Shown here: in pieces, positions 1 through 7,913 of the stretch
Position numbering within the stretch: the stretch's first letter is position 1
Layout of the letters: the number at the start of each line of letters is the position of its first letter
Source: an uncultured Anaerolineaceae bacterium
GTDB lineage: Bacteria > Chloroflexota > Anaerolineae > Anaerolineales > E44-bin32
DNA length: 26,343 nucleotides
Reading direction: 5' to 3'
Assembly (NCBI GenBank): GCA_964348265.1
Contig: CAYGCA010000022.1
Location: 2,504-28,846, forward strand
The notes under the pieces: model-generated
What the model saw: the letters and a program-made list of their open reading frames with translations, nothing else
The model's database searches: none
What the model was told of the DNA's origin: nothing
Position numbers and translations under genes: made by a program

Positions 1-586
1 CGTTCAAGAGCAGGGGGTAAAGCTTGGATCGAAGCCCCTCCCGGTCTTCGCCCAGCAGCGCCGACGGAACACCTTGCGTAAAAGCCATAAGGCGGAGTTG
101 CTCAAGATGGAATTTCTCGCGGCGCACGATACCATCGGCTGCCACTCGGCTCGCCTCCAGAGTTTGGTTCACAAAACGTTCGCGAATTGAGGAGGTCACA
201 AGCCGGGTGATCACGAAGATGCCTACCATTGCGGTGAGGAGGGTGAGCAGCACATAGGGAACAATGAGCTTGGTCGGCAAGCTAATCAGCTTGTCAAGGA
301 GACCCGAAGAAACCGGTGGCTCTCTCGGTGTCCTGAATTGAAGCTCGAGAGGCTCCGAAGACAGGGTTTGGTTTGATCGCTCAGATCCCCTTAGTGTGAT
401 ATCACCGGGGGCGATGTCGAAGGAGGCAGAGCTTTCCATGGATCCGTCATCTCTGGGGGATCCTCGTCCGTCACGGGAACCGCTCCCATTGGTTCCCGCA
501 TCAGGCCTCGTGAAGCGAGCACCTCTTTTGGCCTTGGGGTCGTCTGGCCCCGTTCGACTTTCCAGATCCGAGAATAGAAGTCCCAT
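1..586 (-). CDS. N-terminal part of a membrane-anchored signalling protein (probably HAMP-containing sensor, HD-GYP or cyclase type); truncated by the window edge
   Basis: Not in the ORF track because it has no stop in the window. Manual translation is open from ATG 586 (alternative ATG 439) to position 1: ...SLPTKLIVPYVLLTLLTAMVGIFVITRLVTSSIRERFVNQTLEASRVAADGIVRREKFHLEQLRLMAFTQGVPSALL. This is one TM helix followed by a helical extracytoplasmic segment typical of sensor proteins. The output domain lies outside the window. Confidence 0.7.
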   Translation of the reverse strand, partial: MGLLFSDLESRTGPDDPKAKRGARFTRPDAGTNGSGSRDGRGSPRDDGSMESSASFDIAPGDITLRGSERSNQTLSSEPLELQFRTPREPPVSSGLLDKLISLPTKLIVPYVLLTLLTAMVGIFVITRLVTSSIRERFVNQTLEASRVAADGIVRREKFHLEQLRLMAFTQGVPSALLGEDREGLRSKLYPLLLN

Positions 587-903
587 GGAAGAAATTCACC
601 CTGCACTAGAAGGCAGAACGTCTGATCGCCCACCGTTGTTTGGGGCGGAAACCGCGCTGATCAGGGGTTCGGATTTTGCCTTGCCGAACAGATGTACCGA
701 TCCTCCTTAGAATCAAAGGGTCACCAACACTGAAATCTCAGGCTAGGAATCACCGCACAATGGATTCAAAGCCTGGTGCTTCTATCCCTAATTTAGGCAA
801 AAAGTGGGTATATTTACCTTGCAGTTCACATACATCTATCCAGGCTCGAGGATCCGCAATAGGTAGAACGCGGGTGATTGGCTCAGCCAAGGAGACGACA
901 TCC

Positions 904-2001
904 ATGCCAAGTGAGCATCCTTCCTCCGGCGACGTCCTACTCCTCGTCGGAACGCGCAAGGGCGCCTTCGTCTATTGGAGCGACCCGGAGCGCAAGGATT
1001 GGAAACGAACCTTCCACCATGAAGGTTGGATGGTCCACCACCTTGCTTATGACCAGCGCGCGGCAGCCATCTATGCCGCTACCAACAGCGAAGTGTTTGG
1101 AGGGCTCATCCAGAGGTCTCTGGACTTTGGCTCCACCTGGAAGCACCGCAATGAGAAGCTCGACTACCCAGCCAGCTCTGAGCACAGGGTGCGAAAGGTC
1201 TGGCATGTCAGGCCAGGCCATCCCAGGGATCCCGAACGGGTCTATGCAGGAGTCGAACGCGCCGGCCTGTTCATGAGCAACGACCGGGGAGATACCTGGG
1301 AGGAGGTTGAGGGACTCAATAACCATCCCACGAGCCAGGATTGGTCGCCAGGCGCAGGTGGGCTGTGCCTGCACACCATCCTTATCGATCCCGAGGACGC
1401 AGACAGGATGTACGTAGCTATTTCAACAGGAGGCGTTTATCGAAGCGATGATGGGGGTAATTCTTGGACGCCCAAGAATAAGGGCGTTCGGGCTGATTTC
1501 CTGCCCGAAACCTATCCTGAATTCGGCCAGTGTGTCCACAAGCTGGCGATGCACCCAGACCAGCCAAATCTGCTCTACCAGCAGAACCACTGCGGAGTCT
1601 ACCGGAGCGACGACCGAGGCGAAAACTGGGTTGAAATCAGTGCAGGCCTGCCTTCCGATTTTGGCTTTCCCTTCGTCGTCAATTCCTCTGACCCTGCCAC
1701 CATCTATGTCGCCCCGCTGGTCAGCGCCCAGCAGCGGGTGGTACCAGAAGGTCGCATGACGGTGTGGCGGAGCCGGAACGGGGGGGAGTCCTGGAAGCCG
1801 ATGACCAAAGGACTACCCGAAGGCGCCTACCTGACCATTCTGCGCGAGGCGATGGCCGCCGATGCTCTTGATCCATGCGGCGTGTATGTCGGCACTCAGA
1901 CTGGGCAGGTCTTCATCAGCCGGGATGAAGGTGAAACCTGGGAATTGCTGGCAGACTTTCTGCCGCCCGTTTACTCGCTCTCGACCGGCTTCTTGGAGTA
2001 G
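904..2001 (+). CDS. BNR/Asp-box repeat beta-propeller protein (often auto-annotated as sialidase or glycosyl hydrolase), 365 aa
   Basis: Six Asp-box-like motifs: RSLDFGSTW, SNDRGDTW, RSDDGGNSW, RSDDRGENW, RSRNGGESW, SRDEGETW. AAGGAG precedes ATG 904, so the track's start at 676 is probably an over-extension. No signal peptide. Confidence 0.85.
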   Translation: MPSEHPSSGDVLLLVGTRKGAFVYWSDPERKDWKRTFHHEGWMVHHLAYDQRAAAIYAATNSEVFGGLIQRSLDFGSTWKHRNEKLDYPASSEHRVRKVWHVRPGHPRDPERVYAGVERAGLFMSNDRGDTWEEVEGLNNHPTSQDWSPGAGGLCLHTILIDPEDADRMYVAISTGGVYRSDDGGNSWTPKNKGVRADFLPETYPEFGQCVHKLAMHPDQPNLLYQQNHCGVYRSDDRGENWVEISAGLPSDFGFPFVVNSSDPATIYVAPLVSAQQRVVPEGRMTVWRSRNGGESWKPMTKGLPEGAYLTILREAMAADALDPCGVYVGTQTGQVFISRDEGETWELLADFLPPVYSLSTGFLE

Positions 2002-2007
2002 GCTGGC

Positions 2008-2334
2008 ATGCCCGTACGCGTACACATTCCATCGCTTCTGATGCACCTCTTCAACACCCAGAAAGTGGTTGAGGTGAAGGCTGATTCCGTGGCGCAGATG
2101 GTGGCCGCTCTCGATGATGAGTATCCTGGCATTGGCGAGCGTCTTCTCGAGCCTGACGGTTCGCTGCGCCGCTACGTGAACGTGTTCATTGACGGAGAAG
2201 ATGCCCGCTGGCAGGGCGAGGCGGCTGCGCGGCTGAGAGGTGAGGAAGAAGTCTGGATCGTGCCCAATGTGGCCGGGGGCCTCCCAGGCCTTGCTTCAGC
2301 AACTGCCCAAGCTTCGCGGAACGGCTCGATCTGA
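2008..2334 (+). CDS. MoaD/ThiS/CysO-family ubiquitin-like (beta-grasp) protein with a 17-aa extension after GG
   Basis: IPSLL..., YPGIGERLL, LRRYVNVFIDGED and IVPNVAGG closely follow the CysO/SAMP1-type pattern. It starts 6 nt after the propeller stop. Confidence 0.9.
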   Translation: MPVRVHIPSLLMHLFNTQKVVEVKADSVAQMVAALDDEYPGIGERLLEPDGSLRRYVNVFIDGEDARWQGEAAARLRGEEEVWIVPNVAGGLPGLASATAQASRNGSI

Positions 2335-2664
2335 GGAGGCGCTTCCCTGAGCATTGGGAGCGAGCGAAAGGTCGGATATCGAAATGGAACGCGTCAAGCG
2401 TGGTTGCCCTCCGATCGCTGCCCAGGTGAGCCTCCAGGAAGACGATTACCGCTACCCTCCAGCCCGGAAAATCCCCGCACCAACCCGGCTTGGCATGCCA
2501 AGGCCCGCTCGGTGGGCAAAACGGGTTGTTGGATGCAGAAAAGCAAGGATTAAAGGCTACCCGGCACTTCTCCGTCCTCACTCAGGCGTCCCCCATCAAT
2601 GCCCCAGCGGGGCACGAGCTGCCTCTGGGGGAGGAGTGGCCCCATGTGGAAAGGGCGCACGGAC

Positions 2665-5136
2665 TCAGAGAGGGTAAGCCGGGGTCACGACGCGGTCTCC
2701 GGCAACTTCCAGTTGCCAGAAGGGTACCCACGCGACTCCGAATAGCTCCTGGTGAATGTCCTTCTTCTTGGGTGTGAGGACCAGCTCTTCGATGCCTTCG
2801 GCAATCTCGTCCCAGTGATCATCAAGCTCTTCGAGCGCATCCTGCATTTCCTCTTCCAACTCGTCAAGCTCCTGCTGCAGGGCCTCGATCGCCTCTTGCG
2901 ATTCTTCGACCTCAGACTTGGCCCTAGATGTCATTCGGCGCTTCGTAAGCGAGGAGGATACCCGTCGGCGCCTGCGAGAGCTGCCAAAGAGCCCAAGCAG
3001 ATTCTCAGCGTGAACGGCCATCTCCTCCATTCTGCGAGCCGAATGCTCCTCCTTGTCTTCCGCCAGCTCGCGCTCTTCTTTGGTGAGTTTATCCTGCAAC
3101 CGCTTGATCTTCTTCTCGTACTTCTTCCTGAGCTTTTCGGCCTCATCCTCAGTCATTTTATCAGCCGCCTCGGCGCATTGCCGTCGAAATTCCTCGAGGG
3201 TCATCTCGGGCCCTGCGGCAAGCTTCAGCTCAGGGTTGGAGGGCAAACGCATCTCGTGGCTTCGGTAAACGTGATCGAGGAAGTCCGCACCGATCTTCTT
3301 CATCAGCTTTTCGTCCGAAAGAGGCGACTGAAGTTCTGCGAACCTGGCCTCCGGCATTGGATGAGATGAGAGTTCGTCGAGGGGAATCGCAGCTACCTCA
3401 GCCTCATCCCAGCGGATGATACCCCGACGATCAGGGGCGAGGTCGAGCCCAGTGACGATCTTCAGGGCGTCCACGTCGATTTTTCGATCTAGGAAGCGGA
3501 CGCTGGCCTGGGCCACCAGAGCTGGCCGATACAATATGCTCTTGCTCGAGGTTTCAGTTGGGAACCGCCCCATACTTTTCAGCGCTTCTTCGGGTCGGAC
3601 GTTAACCGGCAGAAAGTATTCCTCCACACCTGCAGGGATTGCGGGTCGGGTGGTCGCAAACGCTTCCTCCGTGGGCACCGCCTCGGGGCTGGGGCGCACC
3701 TCGGCCTCTCCTGCAACCGCGGTCTGACCGGTTACGCCAGCCAAGGCGTTCAACTCTCGCAACTGAGACCGCGTGATCGGGCCTCGCAGATAGGCCATCG
3801 CCCAGCGAGTGTAGAAGACCTGCGGTGCCTTCTCGTGCACATTGTGAAGTAGAAAGACGCGCTTGCCCAAGCTTGAGATCAAATCATCGACAGCAGACCG
3901 ATGAAACCCTGCCCCACTCGCCACCCCCTCCAAGCCGTCCAGCAGCCGCGCTTTGTCCTGTTCGGTCTGGAGCTTGCCGACGAACCAAGTTCCGGTATTG
4001 CTGAGGGCTTTGTAGTCCAGGTCGACCGGGTTCTGGGTCGCCAGCAGCAGGCCCAGCCCGAACGCTCGGGCCTGTTTCAACAACCGCAGCAGCGGAGCCT
4101 TGGAAGGCGGGGCCGCAGTCGGCGGCAGATAGCCAAAGACCTCGTCCATGTAGAACAGGGCGCGCAGTGTGCTTGATCCTGGCTGAGTCCTCATCCACGA
4201 CTCAACGGCGGCCAGCAGCAGGGTTAGGAAAAACATGCGTTCGGCGTCGGACAAGTGGGACAGATAGAAGACGCTGTGGCGCGGCTTGCCTTCGGGTGTC
4301 CAGAGCAGGCCTTGGACATCGAGGGGGACTCCCTGCGTCCAACTCTGGAAGGCCGGAGAGGCAAGCAAATTGTTGAGCTTCATCGCCAGCTCGAAGCGAT
4401 CTTTCGAGGGGAAGAACTGCTCGACCTCGAATGCCCCGAGCCTCTCAAAGGGGGGAGTCTGTACTTGGCGGATCAGCTCGGTTAGATTAACGTCCTTGCC
4501 CGCTTGCCAGGCACTTTCAAGGATATTTGCGAGCAGGATGTGTTCCCGCGATTGGACAGGGTCAGCCTCGATCTCAACCAAGCCGAGAAGCGCCGTCGCC
4601 GTGCTGGCGATAGTCTCGCGAAAGACCTCCCGGTCCTCTTCCCAGTCGCCCGTAGGTGCGGAAAGGGAGGCCAGGATACTGACAGGCAGACCCGACTCCG
4701 ACCCCGGTGTATATACAGCATATTCCACCGCGCGACTAACCTGGGCAATCCGCTCGGCACCTATGCCCCAGTCGGCCAAGCCTTTACTCCAGAGCGCAGC
4801 CGTCTTGCGGGCGATTTCCTCCACGCTCTTGCCTTCCCTGCGCGCTTCATCCGGATCGACCCACGGCTGGAAAGCCTCCGGCTTCAGGGAAGGGAAGTGA
4901 AGCAACAGGTTGGCCAGGTCCCCCTTCGGGTCAACTAGAAGCGCAGGGATGCCCTGCAGCGCTGCCTCTTCCAAGATGTCGATGCACAACCCCGTCTTAC
5001 CCGAACCCGTCATTCCGACCACGACCCCGTGAGTCGTCAAATCCCCAGGGTCGTAGAGGACAGGCTCGTCGAGCGTCTTGCCGGCATCCAGATCATACTT
5101 CCGCCCTAGATAGAAGTTTCCGCTTGCCTCAACCAT
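2665..5136 (-). CDS. HerA/FtsK/VirB4-superfamily ATPase (DUF87/DUF853-like) with C-terminal coiled coil, about 823 aa
   Basis: Walker A GMTGSGKT, Walker B LFYMDE, QARAFG and ATQNP motifs, and an E/K-rich coiled coil near the C-terminus. AGGAG precedes ATG 5136, preferred over the track start at 5157. Confidence 0.85.
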   Translation of the reverse strand: MVEASGNFYLGRKYDLDAGKTLDEPVLYDPGDLTTHGVVVGMTGSGKTGLCIDILEEAALQGIPALLVDPKGDLANLLLHFPSLKPEAFQPWVDPDEARREGKSVEEIARKTAALWSKGLADWGIGAERIAQVSRAVEYAVYTPGSESGLPVSILASLSAPTGDWEEDREVFRETIASTATALLGLVEIEADPVQSREHILLANILESAWQAGKDVNLTELIRQVQTPPFERLGAFEVEQFFPSKDRFELAMKLNNLLASPAFQSWTQGVPLDVQGLLWTPEGKPRHSVFYLSHLSDAERMFFLTLLLAAVESWMRTQPGSSTLRALFYMDEVFGYLPPTAAPPSKAPLLRLLKQARAFGLGLLLATQNPVDLDYKALSNTGTWFVGKLQTEQDKARLLDGLEGVASGAGFHRSAVDDLISSLGKRVFLLHNVHEKAPQVFYTRWAMAYLRGPITRSQLRELNALAGVTGQTAVAGEAEVRPSPEAVPTEEAFATTRPAIPAGVEEYFLPVNVRPEEALKSMGRFPTETSSKSILYRPALVAQASVRFLDRKIDVDALKIVTGLDLAPDRRGIIRWDEAEVAAIPLDELSSHPMPEARFAELQSPLSDEKLMKKIGADFLDHVYRSHEMRLPSNPELKLAAGPEMTLEEFRRQCAEAADKMTEDEAEKLRKKYEKKIKRLQDKLTKEERELAEDKEEHSARRMEEMAVHAENLLGLFGSSRRRRRVSSSLTKRRMTSRAKSEVEESQEAIEALQQELDELEEEMQDALEELDDHWDEIAEGIEELVLTPKKKDIHQELFGVAWVPFWQLEVAGDRVVTPAYPL

Positions 5137-5160
5137 AGTTCTCTCCTGCTCAATCACGCT

Positions 5161-6261
5161 CTACGGCGTGGCGATCCTGAAGATGCGCTCAAACTCCTGC
5201 TCGAATTTTAGGGTAAGCTCCCGATCCTCAATGATAACCAAATTCTCATCATTCTTCTCTTCGGCGTTGCGACTCAGATTATAGGACCCCGTGACGACTC
5301 TGACGCCATCGATCAGGATAACCTTGTGATGCATATTTGCAGAATTCCCATCCAGCCGCACATTAAGCCCGGCCTCTTTCAGGCGTTCGAATTCTCCGCC
5401 CTGGGTTGAGGCCCGGGAGCTCTCTAGCACTCCCCGCACCGCAATCCCACTGGTGGCCCTTTCAAGTATGGCGTCGGCGATCTCATCCGATGTGAAAGTG
5501 AACACCATGAAGTCGATGCTAGCCTGTGCGCCGCGCAGTAATTCAAGCAATCGCGACCGCACCCCATCATCGGGGGAGAAGAGGACTTCCACCCGCCTCC
5601 CATCAATCGACACGGATGGAAAGGGAGTATCGCTCATTGAGAGAGCGCCGAAGCGGTCCTCCAAGAACATCTCTTCGAATTCACGGGTGTAATTCTCAGC
5701 CAGGCGACTGGATCGGACCCTCAGCAGGTTGTTATCATTCCTGTAGGCTCCGCTGACGGTAAAGTTCATCGAGCCGGTCCATATGTCCAGACGGTCAATG
5801 ACAACGAACTTGTGGTGCATCAGCGGCTCGCGCCGATCCCCTACCACTTCGATGCCAGCCGCCTCAAGCTCCTGCACTTCCGGCTCCAGAATGTTGTCGC
5901 TTTCCATGACGACCCGCACCCTCACACCTCTGTCCATGGCCCGAAGGAGCGCGTCGCGCACACTCCACAGGTTGAAGTCATAGATCGCCACATCCACAGA
6001 AAAACGCGCAGCCTGAATGGCTTCGGCAAGAAGTGCGTCAGGTCCGCCGCGCAGGGATTGCGCAGCAGGCCCGGTTGGATCGCTAAAGGCCAGCGTATAC
6101 CAGCCATCTGGCGCTGCGGTCTCCTCCGGCAGGGGCAGCAATGCCTCGAAGCCCTGTCGATAAAACGCGCACTCGGCAGCAGCGAGCAGGAGAAGGACGA
6201 CGAAGCTGCCGACAGGCGTGATCTGGCGGGGTTGGCGCCGGAAGAATGGGTGGGGGTTCAT
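5161..6261 (-). CDS. Phospholipase D superfamily protein with two HKD motifs (Nuc-like nuclease or lipid-active), with N-terminal hydrophobic anchor or signal
   Basis: HHKFVVID...GSMN and HHKVILID...GSYN; hydrophobic VGSFVVLLLLAAA near the N-terminus. Confidence 0.9.
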   Translation of the reverse strand: MNPHPFFRRQPRQITPVGSFVVLLLLAAAECAFYRQGFEALLPLPEETAAPDGWYTLAFSDPTGPAAQSLRGGPDALLAEAIQAARFSVDVAIYDFNLWSVRDALLRAMDRGVRVRVVMESDNILEPEVQELEAAGIEVVGDRREPLMHHKFVVIDRLDIWTGSMNFTVSGAYRNDNNLLRVRSSRLAENYTREFEEMFLEDRFGALSMSDTPFPSVSIDGRRVEVLFSPDDGVRSRLLELLRGAQASIDFMVFTFTSDEIADAILERATSGIAVRGVLESSRASTQGGEFERLKEAGLNVRLDGNSANMHHKVILIDGVRVVTGSYNLSRNAEEKNDENLVIIEDRELTLKFEQEFERIFRIATP

Positions 6262-6582
6262 TCGCCCCGCCTCGGGGATTGAGTTGGGTCGGGTAGTGAA
6301 AACGGGATCCGACCAACAGATTCGAGTTCAGCAAGATATAAGCAGCTGATCAAGATGATTTACGCTACCCTGTCAGGCACTCCAAGAGAGGCCGACTTCG
6401 TGCGGCGCTCACCTCCGCCGGGGTCTGCACGGACTTTCAGGAATCAAAGCCAAGGGAAGCTCCAGAGCGTGGCGGCTGGCAACAAAAGCCACTGCATGCA
6501 TAGGCGGCGATTGAGCCTCCGCCCGTGACCCTCGGCCTGGTCCCAAAAGGGCGCGAGGCCCAGAAGAAGGTCAAATTATCAC

Positions 6583-7392
6583 CTAGGTCACGATTGGCCA
6601 AGTCACCCGCGCTGCAACGCGAGCCATTTCACGGATCGGGTCATAATCGCCATCCTCAACCACGACAAACCGGGCCATCCCTGCCTCCGCCAGGAGTTCA
6701 CGGCCAGCAGGATCGGCGGGCATATTGGAGAGCAACGCTTTCAACTCGGCCCTAAGATCTTCAGGCACGCTCTTGTGAATCACCCAGGGGGGGATGGGAC
6801 TCGGTCCAAACGTCTCGATAGTTCGAATCTGAGAGCTGTAATCGGGGTGTTTCTGCAGTTCGACCTCCAGCACAATGCTGTCAATGCCGAAAGCCTCCAC
6901 CTGACGATCCAGGATCATGGCGATCGAGATCTCATGCGCACCGGATTCGATGACACTTCCGAAGAAGTCTGACGGCTTCCCGAGTTTGGCCAAATAATAG
7001 CGGGTTAGATTGTACCCGGAGTGCGAGCGCGGCTCGTTGTAGGCCCAAGAGGCGCCCCGAAGATCCTCGAAGGTCCAAAACGGGCTGTCGCGGTGAACGA
7101 TGACATCCGAGAAGTAGACCGGCAGGCCTTGATAGCGCGCAGCCTTCATGACGGGCGCAGTCAGTAGCGCAACCTCCGACTGGTCCTGATCCGCCTTCCA
7201 GATATACGGTAGACCGCAGATCCAGCAGATCTGAATCTCGCCCAAGTCAAAACGTCGTTCCCGCTCCTGCCATGGCATGTCATTGACAAACGACACCGGA
7301 CAAGGAAGCCGGTCTGAAAGAAACCTGGCCAGGTGCTCTCCGATGAATTCCGTATTGGGCGACATGCACGAGGTGAGCGTCAGCCGCTCCAT
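6583..7392 (-). CDS. PhnD/SsuA-like (phosphate/phosphonate-binding fold) protein without signal peptide
   Basis: ICGLPY, YFSDVIV, LRGASWAYNEPRSHSGY, SGAHE, IDSIV and GPSPIPPWV match the PhnD-type pattern. GGAGG precedes ATG 7392; an alternative GTG at 7473 overlaps the VOC stop (GTGA). Confidence 0.8.
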   Translation of the reverse strand: MERLTLTSCMSPNTEFIGEHLARFLSDRLPCPVSFVNDMPWQERERRFDLGEIQICWICGLPYIWKADQDQSEVALLTAPVMKAARYQGLPVYFSDVIVHRDSPFWTFEDLRGASWAYNEPRSHSGYNLTRYYLAKLGKPSDFFGSVIESGAHEISIAMILDRQVEAFGIDSIVLEVELQKHPDYSSQIRTIETFGPSPIPPWVIHKSVPEDLRAELKALLSNMPADPAGRELLAEAGMARFVVVEDGDYDPIREMARVAARVTWPIVT

Positions 7393-7469
7393 CGCCTCCA
7401 CCTTGAACGGCTCGCGGCGGTCACGCGGCCGCAGGGCTTGCCCGCCGGCCTTGAATGGCCGAGGCCAAT

Positions 7470-7889
7470 TCACCTACCACCATCCAACCCCCAGGTTTCA
7501 GGAGTAGTCAATTCAAGGCTGTTTCCCGCCGGATCACGGAAATACAGTGAGCGTCCACCCCCCGGCCAGGCAACTTCGGCTTCGATCGGGACTTCGTGTT
7601 CACCGAGCCTTTCTCGCCAGGCCCACAGTTCTGCCGCTGAGACCTCAAAAGCCGCGTGGCCGGGACCTCTGGCCCCGTGGGGTGGGACATCACCGCTCGC
7701 CTTTTCGCTGGCAGCCGGATCAAAGAGCAAAAAGACGCCGCCGCCACACTGGAAGAAAACGTGACGCCCTTCAAGCACGGCGAAGGCCTTCAGGCCGAGA
7801 ATGGATTCGTAGAATTCCTTGGCCGCCGCCAGGTTGTCCACATAGAGACAGGTCTCTATGATCCGGCCCAATTGCACTGTTCTCTCCAC
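7470..7889 (-). CDS. VOC (glyoxalase/bleomycin resistance/dioxygenase) family protein
   Basis: ETCLYVDNL..AKEFYESILGL, GHAAF and RSLYFRDPAGNSLEL. An alternative GTG start at 7877 has a GGAG ribosome-binding site. Confidence 0.9.
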   Translation of the reverse strand: MERTVQLGRIIETCLYVDNLAAAKEFYESILGLKAFAVLEGRHVFFQCGGGVFLLFDPAASEKASGDVPPHGARGPGHAAFEVSAAELWAWRERLGEHEVPIEAEVAWPGGGRSLYFRDPAGNSLELTTPETWGLDGGR

Positions 7890-7913
7890 GAGACGTAGGA
7901 AGTGGGCGGCCGG

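Noticed and set aside
660-745. Minus-strand CTGAGA...ACCCTTTGA resembling a TPP riboswitch, plus a perfect TAAGGAGG at 702-709
   Set aside because: The ACCTGAT and GCGnAGGGA elements are missing, and the SD-like octamer has no canonical start codon at usable spacing.
676-903. Long N-terminal extension of the propeller ORF in the track (and similar extensions at 9113, 23450, 23652, 18929 and 14436)
   Set aside because: Downstream starts have clear Shine-Dalgarno motifs or stop/start overlaps and coincide with where the family motifs begin; the extensions look non-coding.
2186-2677. ORFs on both strands in the gap between the Ubl and the ATPase
   Set aside because: No recognisable motifs, R/P/G-rich shadow-ORF composition, and they overlap real genes.
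6450-6495. AGGGAA and GCCACTG words reminiscent of a cobalamin riboswitch
   Set aside because: The GGTG..AA.TCC, GCCCCCGC.ACTGT and downstream GGGAAG elements are absent, and the orientation is opposite to the flanking genes.
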